NCBI GenBank assembly: GCA_001831095.1
Contig: MIDP01000039.1
Span: 22,621 to 86,620, forward strand
Direction: 5' to 3'
Length of the DNA stretch: 64,000 nt
Source of the DNA: Verrucomicrobia bacterium GWF2_51_19
GTDB taxonomy: Bacteria; Verrucomicrobiota; Verrucomicrobiia; Opitutales; UBA12508
Position numbers and translations under genes: made by a program. Under the pieces are notes generated by a model. It ran no database searches. It was not told the origin of the DNA and worked only from the letters and a program-made list of their open reading frames with translations. The number at the start of each line of letters is the position of its first letter. Within the stretch, counting starts at the first letter, position 1. Positions 1 through 7,863 of this stretch are shown one piece after another.

Positions 1-328
1 AAATGCCAACCACCTCACCGGCCTTGAGTAAGGCCAAAACTTTTCTAAATGCACCGACATCTGAATCGCCATCGCGGTCGACTGGGATGGTATTCAAGCC
101 CTCTAAAATATGGCCTTTGTTGTTATAAAAGAGCGTCTTGCGGGCAAAAAAGTGAATAGGACGCTGTATCCAAATGCCGGCCAAAGGAGGATCAAAGAAG
201 CTGACGTGGTTGGAGGCCACGAGGCAAGCTCCATCTTTAGGAATGTTGAGTTCGCCAATGACTTCGCAATCGTAGATTGTGCCAAAGACGTAACGGCAGC
301 AATTAACTCCTATGTTAAAAAGGTTCAT
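1..328 (-). CDS. plsC: 1-acyl-sn-glycerol-3-phosphate acyltransferase-like, N-terminal part (runs off window start)
   Basis: Hand translation of the minus strand from ATG at 328..326 gives MNLFNIGVNCCRYVFG...CLVASNHVSFFDPPLAG...LNTIPVDRDG, with the NHxSxxD and IPVDR acyltransferase blocks. It is absent from the ORF track because no stop lies inside the window. Confidence 0.75.
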   Translation of the reverse strand, partial: MNLFNIGVNCCRYVFGTIYDCEVIGELNIPKDGACLVASNHVSFFDPPLAGIWIQRPIHFFARKTLFYNNKGHILEGLNTIPVDRDGDSDVGAFRKVLALLKAGEVVGI

Positions 329-377
329 TTCGCGTCTTGATATTGACTCGAAAAATCTCAACATTAGCAACCTTAAA

Positions 378-500
378 AAGATAGATGCAAAATGTCTCTA
401 TAGCGGCGTTCTCGTCGCTCGGGCTAAGTCACGTACCAACGTACGCTCCTGTCGCCCTTGTTCCTGCGGCCTTGCTATAAAGCCATTTTGCATCTATCTT
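378..500. repeat. R1 nested-hairpin repeat, copy 1
   Basis: Outer arms AAGATAGATGCAAAATG (378-394) and CATTTTGCATCTATCTT (484-500) are perfectly complementary. The core ...CTATAGCGGCGTTCTCGTCGCTCGGGCTAAGTCAC CGTAC caac GTACG CTCCTGTCGCCC... is shared with 9 other sites. Confidence 0.9.
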
Positions 501-542
501 ATGTCGTTGATATTCAATTAGTTACGAGACCTGTCTTATAAA

Positions 543-2300
543 GTGAAGAGAGTTACCCTAATACCGTTGTTATTTTTGCACGTACAGGCCTGGGAAGTCG
601 AGCCAGCGACTAAAGACAAGTTGACGGCCTATAAATATGTTGAAGAGGGCCAGCAGCTTGCACAAGAAGCGATCCCACTTGACTCCAACACGTATCAGCA
701 ATGGAACAGCCTCGAGGCCATGCTGAATCAGCTGCCGAGCGTTTGTGCAATCTCTTCGTTTTATGGCGGCAATACATCTCTTTTCGTTCGAGGAGCCAAC
801 AGCAATCACAACGCCGTCTTCCTCAATAAGCGCAGCTTTCCTTCAGGCTTTGCCAACGATTTCAATTTCAGCCATTTCCCCATCTTTGACTCGGATTCTG
901 TTTTGCTCAAAACCGATATACAGAGCCCGATCGGAGGCACTCTTGAGATAACGACTGGCCCTGCCAGCTTTAACGAGGTTGGTATCGAAGGCGGGTCCTT
1001 CGGGTTTCATCGCGAACACGTCAATTTTTCAAAGACAACACCGACATCGCAATTTCACCTCTGGCTGAGCGAAACACAGACACAGAACGTCGACCCGCAC
1101 AACGCCTATAAGGGACGTTCCTTTTGGGCTCATTGGAGGCGGATCAAGGATGCCTATACTTACGAGCTCTTGAGCTATGGCTATTACGAACAAATCGAAC
1201 TGCCGGGCCCACGTGTTAGCGGGTTCCCCAGATTGGCCGATTATCAAGATCGTCAAACCTACCTTATCTCGCCCGGATTGCAGATTTCCGCCGAGAAGCG
1301 TTATCGATTGTTTGCACACTACGCCTTCTCTTTGGACAGCATGGATTCGCTGGCATCCAACAACCTCGTTCAAAATGAGACCTTCAACCACGAAGCTTTT
1401 GCCGCATTTAAGTGGAAGGGGCAAACATTGGCCACCTCGACATCCTTACGCGCGTTGTCCCAATGCTTGCAACAATCGCAACCCACGTCCTTCGACACAA
1501 CCTGGAACTCTCTCCACGCACAACAATCGTGTACCTGGAAGGGTGACCTGTTGCAGATTAAGGCCAACACGGGCGCCTTTCGACATTCGCAATTTTCTTC
1601 CGACTGGAGCTGTGGATTGCGAGCCGAGGTAACACTTGGATCGTGGACGCCATTTGCTTCCTTCGCGCGCTCCATCCACTACCCCACTCCAAATGACTTT
1701 CTCTACAGCCAGTCACATTCGTTGAAAACCGAAAAAGCCTATCGCTCTCAAATGGGGATAAAAATCGCCCTGAATGACACGCTACAACTGTCTTTGTGCG
1801 GGTTCTACAACGTCCTCTTTGACTTGATTGAATGCGACCCATTTCCACCCTACGACACCTACAACGTCGCCAAGGCAAACATTTACGGGCTCGAATCTTC
1901 GCTCGTCTTGAAAAAAGAAGCACTGAACGCCTACCTCAATTGCACCTATTGGCACGCCTACGCCAAAGACGGCCTGGGCGTTTATCAAAATGGCAACCGC
2001 CTTCTACGTCGCCCAAAATATAAGCTCACGACCGGCGCCCAATACGCCTTCACTCGAGCACTATCGGCCGGTATCGACCTATCCTTTCGCAAAGATATTA
2101 TCGATATCGACCCAAGCACCTACCAACGCATCTCCGGCGACGACACCCTCACCTTGCGCATTTACACCACCTATTTCATTACACCCGAACTCCTCCTTTC
2201 AGCCCACGTCGAAAACCTACTCAACGATAAATACCAGGAAATTCGAGGATACAACTCGCTTCCCCTGCAGGCCTATGTCGGCATCAAATATAGATTTTAA
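543..2300 (+). CDS. TonB-dependent receptor-like outer-membrane beta-barrel (small, BtuB-sized)
   Basis: 585 aa ORF with GTG start. It has a hydrophobic N-terminus, a plug-type block NTSLFVRGANSNH, and a C-terminal barrel ending YVGIKYRF (terminal aromatic). Confidence 0.7.
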   Translation: MKRVTLIPLLFLHVQAWEVEPATKDKLTAYKYVEEGQQLAQEAIPLDSNTYQQWNSLEAMLNQLPSVCAISSFYGGNTSLFVRGANSNHNAVFLNKRSFPSGFANDFNFSHFPIFDSDSVLLKTDIQSPIGGTLEITTGPASFNEVGIEGGSFGFHREHVNFSKTTPTSQFHLWLSETQTQNVDPHNAYKGRSFWAHWRRIKDAYTYELLSYGYYEQIELPGPRVSGFPRLADYQDRQTYLISPGLQISAEKRYRLFAHYAFSLDSMDSLASNNLVQNETFNHEAFAAFKWKGQTLATSTSLRALSQCLQQSQPTSFDTTWNSLHAQQSCTWKGDLLQIKANTGAFRHSQFSSDWSCGLRAEVTLGSWTPFASFARSIHYPTPNDFLYSQSHSLKTEKAYRSQMGIKIALNDTLQLSLCGFYNVLFDLIECDPFPPYDTYNVAKANIYGLESSLVLKKEALNAYLNCTYWHAYAKDGLGVYQNGNRLLRRPKYKLTTGAQYAFTRALSAGIDLSFRKDIIDIDPSTYQRISGDDTLTLRIYTTYFITPELLLSAHVENLLNDKYQEIRGYNSLPLQAYVGIKYRF

Positions 2301-2344
2301 AAAGCCCTTGCAAAATGGCGGAAAAAGCACAAGAATAGTTGTGA

Positions 2345-3346
2345 ATGGACGAACTCGACAATACCCATCCCAAGCGCAACGAAGGCCTCTTTTTTTATTG
2401 TGTGCTCGATAGACAGGGCGGCGCCAGCTTTTTTTCGTCGTGGCGTACACTGTTCGATAACTGGAAAACTGACCATTTTATCTGGGTCCATCTCAATCAC
2501 CGCAGTCCAGCTGTTCAAAAATGGCTGAGGGAAGAGAGCGGCGTGCCTTCTGTAGTGGCCGAATCCATGCTCGAGGAGGACGTTCGCCCGCGCGAATACA
2601 CACATGAGGATGGCCTGTTGCTCCTTTTGCGCGGTGTCAATTTGAAGGAGGGCGCCGTCCCCGAAGACATGGTGTCTATGCGCCTCTGGATCACGAAAAA
2701 CCGCATCGTCACGCTGCGTTTTCGCGAAAATATGACAACGAAGTCAATCCAGGACGAGCTCATCACGCAAAAAGGCTTTCGCACGCCCAGCGGCTTTTTG
2801 CTAAAAATGCTCGACAACATGGTCACACCCATCGATTCCTCCATCGATGAAATCGACGCGCAGCTAGACGAAATCGAGGACGGACTGCTTCTCGCACGCA
2901 AGGAAATGACACTTTTGCCGACCATTCATATCCGCCAACGCATCGCCCATTTTCGAAAACACCTAGCCCCTCAACGCGACCTCTTGGGCAAACTCTTTCA
3001 CGAACACCTCTCGTGGCTCGACGAACGAGATTCACTCTTTATTCGCGAAGAGGCAGATACCGCCATTCGTTACATCGAAGAGCTCGACTTCCTCCGCGAG
3101 CGCTGCACCATCATTCAGGAAGAAGTCAATAACGCCCTCTCCTACACGATGAATTCCCGAATCTATTTGCTCGCCATCGCCACCGTCATCTTTATGCCGC
3201 TCACTCTCATGACGGGCCTCTTGGGCATCAACGTCAACGGCATTCCCTATTCGGACAGCAAATATGCCTTTTTCGGCGTCTGCGGACTCCTCGGTGTCAT
3301 GGCATTCTTTCTGTTCCGACTCCTAAAACGAAAGCGCTGGCTTTGA
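2345..3346 (+). CDS. zntB: CorA/ZntB-family divalent metal transporter
   Basis: 333 aa with a large cytoplasmic domain and two C-terminal TM helices. The LLGINVNGIP motif (GxN) resembles the ZntB GVNxGGIP signature. Confidence 0.7.
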   Translation: MDELDNTHPKRNEGLFFYCVLDRQGGASFFSSWRTLFDNWKTDHFIWVHLNHRSPAVQKWLREESGVPSVVAESMLEEDVRPREYTHEDGLLLLLRGVNLKEGAVPEDMVSMRLWITKNRIVTLRFRENMTTKSIQDELITQKGFRTPSGFLLKMLDNMVTPIDSSIDEIDAQLDEIEDGLLLARKEMTLLPTIHIRQRIAHFRKHLAPQRDLLGKLFHEHLSWLDERDSLFIREEADTAIRYIEELDFLRERCTIIQEEVNNALSYTMNSRIYLLAIATVIFMPLTLMTGLLGINVNGIPYSDSKYAFFGVCGLLGVMAFFLFRLLKRKRWL

Positions 3347-3477
3347 AAAGACAGGTGTAAAATAGCGCCAAAATGCGTTTCGCGCTCCGCCGACTGCCTT
3401 ACGTACGTCTTATGTACGCTACGGCAGATCGTACTCGCGCAAAGCCACATTTTTGCATCTATTTTACACCTGTCTTT
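3347..3477. repeat. R2 imperfect-palindrome repeat, copy 1
   Basis: Arms AAAGACAGGTGTAAAATAG (3347-3365) and CTATTTTACACCTGTCTTT (3459-3477). The interior GCGTTTCGCGCTCCGCCGACTGCC..CGTAC gtcttat GTACG..GGCAGATCGTACTCGCGCAAAGCC is homologous, inverted, to 3700-3790. Confidence 0.85.
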
Positions 3478-3480
3478 AAT

Positions 3481-3678
3481 CTAACTAAGCGAACACCAAC
3501 GGGTTTTTAGGCTATTTTGCATCAGTCTTAAAAGGTGAAAAGACCTCTCCTAACGGCTTTTTTAGGCAGGTTTTAACAACTTGCAAAACGTAAAACCCGT
3601 TGCAAAAGGCCGTCAAAGTTTGGCTTTGCATCTATTTTACAGCTGTCTTTAATCTAACCAAACGAACACCAACGATAT
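3481..3678. repeat. Degenerate or recombined R2-derived fragments
   Basis: AATCTAACNAANCGAACACCAACG is repeated at 3478-3501 and 3651-3674. An R2 left end (AAAACCCGTTGCAAAAGGCCGTCAAAGTTTGGCTTTGC) is fused to an R2 right end (ATCTATTTTACAGCTGTCTTT). Arm-like AAAGACCTCTCC is also present. Confidence 0.6.
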
Positions 3679-3807
3679 AAAACCCGTTGAAAAAGGCCGT
3701 CAAAGCTTGGCTTTGCGCGAGCACGATCTGCCGTAGCGTACATAGAGGTACGTGAGGCAGTCGGCGCAGCGCGAAACGAGCTTTCACGGCCTTTTTCAAC
3801 GGGTTTT
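3679..3807. repeat. R2 repeat, copy 2
   Basis: Arms AAAACCCGTTGAAAAAGGCCG (3679-3699) and CGGCCTTTTTCAACGGGTTTT (3787-3807) are perfectly complementary. The right arm touches the pntB stop codon (3806-3808). Confidence 0.85.
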
Positions 3808-5266
3808 ACATGCTTTTGAACTCAGAGACTATAGCCGCCACAGTAGCTTTGGCGTCACCGTAGATCATGCTAGCATTGGGCATTGTAAAGAGTTTGTTTT
3901 GGAGTCCGGAAAATCCTGTCCCTTGACCGCGTTTGAGAATGAAGACCGATTTGGCTTCATGAGCTCTTATGATGGGCATTCCGTATATGGGCGACGTGGT
4001 TTCGTTGATGGCAGCGGGGTTGACGACGTCGTTGGCTCCTATGACGATGGCAACGTCGACAGAGGGCATCGTCGGGTTGACAGTGTCCATTTCGACGAGC
4101 TGTTCGTAGGGCACATCTGCCTCGGCGAGCAAGACATTCATGTGGCCAGGCATGCGTCCAGCGACGGGGTGTATGGCATAACTGACTTCAGCACCATTGT
4201 TTTCCAAAAGTTGACCGAGCTCCTTAACGACGTGTTGCGCTTGAGCGACGGCCATACCATATCCTGGAACGAAGACAACCCGTTGGGCGGCCTCTAGTAC
4301 ATGATAGGCGTCGGAGGCTGAAATCGCCTTGGGCTCAACATCATCGCCATCGGACTTCTCCTGAGCGCTCGAGCCGAAGCCGCCGACAAGGACATTTTTA
4401 AGCGAACGGTTCATGGCCTTGCACATGATGACAGAGAGAATGATACCGCTGGTTCCAACGAGGCAGCCGGAGACGATGAGGACGTTGTTGGCAATGATAA
4501 AGCCGGCGGCGGCGGCGGCGAGTCCGGAAAGGCTGTTGAGAAGTGAGATAACGACAGGCATGTCACCGCCTCCGATTGGCAAGACGCCGAGAATGCCGAG
4601 AACGAGCGACACTATAATGATCGCAAAGAGGCTGACGTGTGCCCATTGACCACCCTGAACAAAGAGGACTGTTGCGGCCAGCATCGCCAAAAGGAGAAAC
4701 GCGTTGAACGGCTTTTGGCCCTTAAAGACCATCGCACGTCCAGAGACCATCCCGGAGAGCTTTGCATAGGCCAGCACACTACCTGTAAACGTAATGCCGC
4801 CAATAATGATCGCCGAAGCAATGGCGATTTGAATGTAGTTGATTTCGTTGGAAAACTTCGCAACCCAATCGATGGCTTGCAAGTTGACATCGTATAAGGA
4901 CAATTCTGGGCCAAAGAGGTTTTCCAAGTAATGCGGCCAGCCGACACGCCGCATTTCTTCGGCTTCTGCCCAACCGACGAGGAGGCTACCGAGGCCTCCA
5001 AACCCGTTCAACAGGGCAACCATCTCTGGCATGGCCGTCATCTTGACACTGTAAGCCAAAACAATGCCCAGTGCCGAGCCAATCGCAATACCAGCCAAAA
5101 TCCACGTATAGCTCAGGACGTGTTGATCCATCATTGTGGCCACAATGGCAATCAACATGCCAACAGCCGACACGACATTGCCGCGACGAGCCTGGGCAGC
5201 GGATCCCAGCATTTTAATGCCGAAAATAAACAAAATAGACGCGATGATGTAGGCTAAAGTGAGCAT
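3806..5266 (-). CDS. pntB: NAD(P) transhydrogenase subunit beta
   Basis: Multi-TM N-terminal domain plus a C-terminal dIII domain (GYGMAVAQAQ, HPVAGRMPGHMNVLLAEA). Start placed at internal MLTLAYIIASILF just after the pntAB stop; the track ORF extends to 5341. Confidence 0.9.
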   Translation of the reverse strand: MLTLAYIIASILFIFGIKMLGSAAQARRGNVVSAVGMLIAIVATMMDQHVLSYTWILAGIAIGSALGIVLAYSVKMTAMPEMVALLNGFGGLGSLLVGWAEAEEMRRVGWPHYLENLFGPELSLYDVNLQAIDWVAKFSNEINYIQIAIASAIIIGGITFTGSVLAYAKLSGMVSGRAMVFKGQKPFNAFLLLAMLAATVLFVQGGQWAHVSLFAIIIVSLVLGILGVLPIGGGDMPVVISLLNSLSGLAAAAAGFIIANNVLIVSGCLVGTSGIILSVIMCKAMNRSLKNVLVGGFGSSAQEKSDGDDVEPKAISASDAYHVLEAAQRVVFVPGYGMAVAQAQHVVKELGQLLENNGAEVSYAIHPVAGRMPGHMNVLLAEADVPYEQLVEMDTVNPTMPSVDVAIVIGANDVVNPAAINETTSPIYGMPIIRAHEAKSVFILKRGQGTGFSGLQNKLFTMPNASMIYGDAKATVAAIVSEFKSM

Positions 5267-5270
5267 AGAA

Positions 5271-5561
5271 TTATTTTCCTTTTTTCTTGTTGTGGAACAT
5301 GGCGAGCATGCGGTCGGTGACGAGGTAGCCTCCGACGACATTGATGGTGGCCAAAATGACGGCGATAAAGCCGAGAATGGCCGTAAAATTCAGCCCTGTC
5401 GAGGCGCCCGTGGCGATGATCGCACCGACAATTGTGATGCCTGAAATCGCGTTGGATCCAGACATCAGCGGCGTGTGGAGTTGCGACGGCACTTTCGATA
5501 TCAGCTCAAATCCGAGAAATCCCGCCAAAGCAAATATGAAGAGGAGTAACAGTATGTTCAT
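5271..5561 (-). CDS. pntAB: NAD(P) transhydrogenase subunit alpha part 2
   Basis: 96 aa membrane protein with the HTPLMSGSNAISGITIVG block typical of PntAB. Confidence 0.85.
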   Translation of the reverse strand: MNILLLLFIFALAGFLGFELISKVPSQLHTPLMSGSNAISGITIVGAIIATGASTGLNFTAILGFIAVILATINVVGGYLVTDRMLAMFHNKKKGK

Positions 5562-5669
5562 ACGTTGAAAAAGTTACAATAACCGGCCGAAAAAGCAACC
5601 GGATTTTCCAAAAAAGCGCCAATTAAACAACGAAGCGCAGCCCTCGGACATTAAATTGGCCGGCATCCA

Positions 5670-6662
5670 TTACATGCGTTCCAAAAAGCCCGTCTTGCGG
5701 TAGACCTTGGAAAGCATTTTGTAGGCGCGCTTTTGTGCGTTTTCGGCACCTTGTTGCAGGATCGTTTGCAGGTAGGTCTTGTCGTCCATGAGCTCTGTGT
5801 AGCGCTTGCGGAGCGGCCGTAGCATCTCGATAACGGCCTCGGCAACGGAATTTTTGAACACGGAATAACTGCTGCCAGCGTAATCCTTTTCAAGGGCCTC
5901 GATGGACTTCCCCGTGGCCGCTGAGAGAATGGCGAGGAGGTTGCTGATGCCAGGCTTGTTGACAGCAGAGCGAATTTCGGTTTCGGAATCCGTGACGGCG
6001 CTGCGAAACTTCTTTTGCAGGCTCTCGGGCTCTTCAAACAAATAGAGCGTGCCGAGGGCGTTGCTGTCCGACTTCGACATCTTGGCTGTCGGCGTCTGAA
6101 GCGACATGATGCGTCCCCCGCTCTTGAGAATGTAGGGCTCAGGCACGTTAAAGGTCTCTGAATACGTGCTGTTAAAGCGGATAGCGAGGTCACGGGCCAA
6201 CTCCAAATGCTGTTTTTGATCCTCGCCCACGGGCACGAGTTCGGTATTGTAGAGGAGAATGTCAGCGGCCATCAGAACGGGGTAAAAGAGCAGTCCGGCA
6301 TCGACATTTTCACTTTTCTGCTGCTTGTCTTTAAACTGGGTCATGCGTTGAAGCTGGCCAAGGGGTGTCATGCAACCCAGCACCCAAGCGAGTTCCGCAT
6401 GACCAATAACGTGTGATTGAATAAAAATGCTGCACTTTTGAGGATCGAGCCCACAGGCGATGTACTGAGCGGCACAAGTCAGGGTTCTCCGGCGCAACTC
6501 GGCTGGATTTTGCCTGATGGTAATCGCATGCTGATCGACGATAAAAAAGAGCGAGTCGTAGTTGGCCTGCATCTCCGTCCAATTTCTCAACGCACCCAAA
6601 TAATTGCCCAAATGGAGCTCTCCTGACGGCTGCGCGCCAGACACTAAAACCTTTGAAGTCAT
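5670..6662 (-). CDS. trpS: Tryptophan--tRNA ligase
   Basis: Class I motifs: GELHLGNY (HIGH-type) and KMSKS (TAKMSKSD). Start taken at MTSKVLVSGAQPSG; the track ORF starts at 6698. Confidence 0.9.
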   Translation of the reverse strand: MTSKVLVSGAQPSGELHLGNYLGALRNWTEMQANYDSLFFIVDQHAITIRQNPAELRRRTLTCAAQYIACGLDPQKCSIFIQSHVIGHAELAWVLGCMTPLGQLQRMTQFKDKQQKSENVDAGLLFYPVLMAADILLYNTELVPVGEDQKQHLELARDLAIRFNSTYSETFNVPEPYILKSGGRIMSLQTPTAKMSKSDSNALGTLYLFEEPESLQKKFRSAVTDSETEIRSAVNKPGISNLLAILSAATGKSIEALEKDYAGSSYSVFKNSVAEAVIEMLRPLRKRYTELMDDKTYLQTILQQGAENAQKRAYKMLSKVYRKTGFLERM

Positions 6663-6709
6663 GGCACTCTTTATGCACGCCTCGAACGAGCTTCGCAACT
6701 CAAAATTAT

Positions 6710-6740
6710 AAGACCTGTATAAAATAGCGCCAAAATATCG
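6710..6740. repeat. R2 left-end fragment
   Basis: AAGACCTGTATAAAATAGCGCCAAAATATCG matches the R2 copy 1 left end AAAGACAGGTGTAAAATAGCGCCAAAATGCG. No partner arm was seen. Confidence 0.5.
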
Positions 6741-6812
6741 AGCAGCGATGAAGTCGAAAAAGATTTGACAGGACCTCCATTTTCATTGTGTATAAGTCTA
6801 TAGCACTGAGAA

Positions 6813-7250
6813 ATGCGCAAATACCTATGCAGTTTGAGCCTTGTGGCGGTCGCCTTTGGAGCGTCTAAAATGACGCCTAATGAGCCCATTGATCACTTTT
6901 GTATGCCCATGTTTGCGCAAACTGGCTACAAGGCCTGGGATTTGAAGGGAGAAAAGGGCGTTTACTTGGACGAAAAAAACATGATCGTCCAGACCATGCA
7001 GTTAAATGTTTTCAACGGCAAAAAAGGCTCCGAACAAGAGCTCGACATCCGCAGCCCCAACGCCCGCATTCTCATGCAGGAAAATAAGGCCATCGGCGCA
7101 GCCAGCCCCATTGAAATTCGCGGTAAAGATTATACGCTCTGCGGCTATAATTGGGAGTGGGATGGCGCCGTTAAAAAAGTGACCGTTCATGAACGCGTGA
7201 ATGTTGTGTTTAATCAAGGATTTGGAGACGTTTTGCATGAAAACGATTAG
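6813..7250 (+). CDS. LptC-like / OstA-family periplasmic protein
   Basis: 145 aa with an N-terminal signal/anchor, directly upstream of and overlapping the lptA-like gene. The call rests on position and size; sequence similarity is weak. Confidence 0.4.
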   Translation: MRKYLCSLSLVAVAFGASKMTPNEPIDHFCMPMFAQTGYKAWDLKGEKGVYLDEKNMIVQTMQLNVFNGKKGSEQELDIRSPNARILMQENKAIGAASPIEIRGKDYTLCGYNWEWDGAVKKVTVHERVNVVFNQGFGDVLHEND

Positions 7251-7731
7251 CCTGATTTGTTTTGCAACCTCTCTGTGTGCGCAAGAAACGCTCATCACCA
7301 GCGATCACGTTGAAATGGTCACCGAGCCGACGCAAAATGTCTTTCACTTCACTGGCAACGTCAAGGTTTCTGGAACCGACCTGCGTGCAGAAGGCGATTC
7401 CATGACCGTCTACTCGGCTCACAAGGAGGGGCAATCGTCGGCAGGTATCGGGTCTATTGATAAGATTTTTGCCAAGGGCTCCGTGTTGATCGTTCAAACG
7501 GAACGTGAGGCGAGGGCCGGCTCGGCAGAAATTTACCCGACCGAGGGCCGACTCGTCCTCATGGACTCACCTGAAGTCAAAGAGAAGGACGGCATTGTGC
7601 GCGGCGAAAAGATTGTCTTCGTCAAAGGAGAACACAGGGCGATTGTCGAGGGAGCGGGGCCTACACAGCGGGCCACTGTCCTTTTGCCCAACATGGCACA
7701 TGTTGACATTGACGCCGACAAGAAGGATTGA
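7237..7731 (+). CDS. lptA: LPS transport periplasmic protein LptA (OstA-like domain)
   Basis: Signal peptide MKTISLICFATSLCAQE followed by the OstA-type pattern (ITSDHVEM..., FTGNVKV..., LRAEGDSMTVY, A.G.V, A..AEIY). Start placed at the internal ATG. Confidence 0.65.
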   Translation: MKTISLICFATSLCAQETLITSDHVEMVTEPTQNVFHFTGNVKVSGTDLRAEGDSMTVYSAHKEGQSSAGIGSIDKIFAKGSVLIVQTEREARAGSAEIYPTEGRLVLMDSPEVKEKDGIVRGEKIVFVKGEHRAIVEGAGPTQRATVLLPNMAHVDIDADKKD

Positions 7732-7738
7732 CCCCTTC

Positions 7739-7862
7739 AAAGACCGATGAAAAAGGGCTCTATAGCAAGGCCCGAGGAGCGAGGGCGACAGGAGCGTACG
7801 TTGGTACGTGACTTAGCCCGAACGACGAGAACGCCGCTAGAGACCCTTTTGCATCGGTCTTT
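7739..7862. repeat. R1 repeat, copy 2 (opposite orientation)
   Basis: Arms AAAGACCGATGAAAAAGGG (7739-7757) and CCCTTTTGCATCGGTCTTT (7844-7862). The apical hairpin is CGTAC gttg GTACG. It fills the whole gap between convergent stops at 7731 and 7864. Confidence 0.9.
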
Positions 7863-7863
7863 T

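Noticed and set aside
312-521. ORFs that run through R1 copies and share peptide fragments such as SRTNVRSCRP / GLSHV (312-521, 35295-35549, 43436-43951, 56219-56614).
   Set aside because: The shared peptides come from the shared repeat DNA. Frames, starts and strands differ from copy to copy, and the elements occur in both orientations.
7758-7843. Whether the R1 core could be a tRNA-like, tmRNA-like or other known small RNA gene.
   Set aside because: No cloverleaf, T-loop or acceptor features are present. The fold is a single long interrupted hairpin, and it occurs in both orientations with no associated promoter that I can see.
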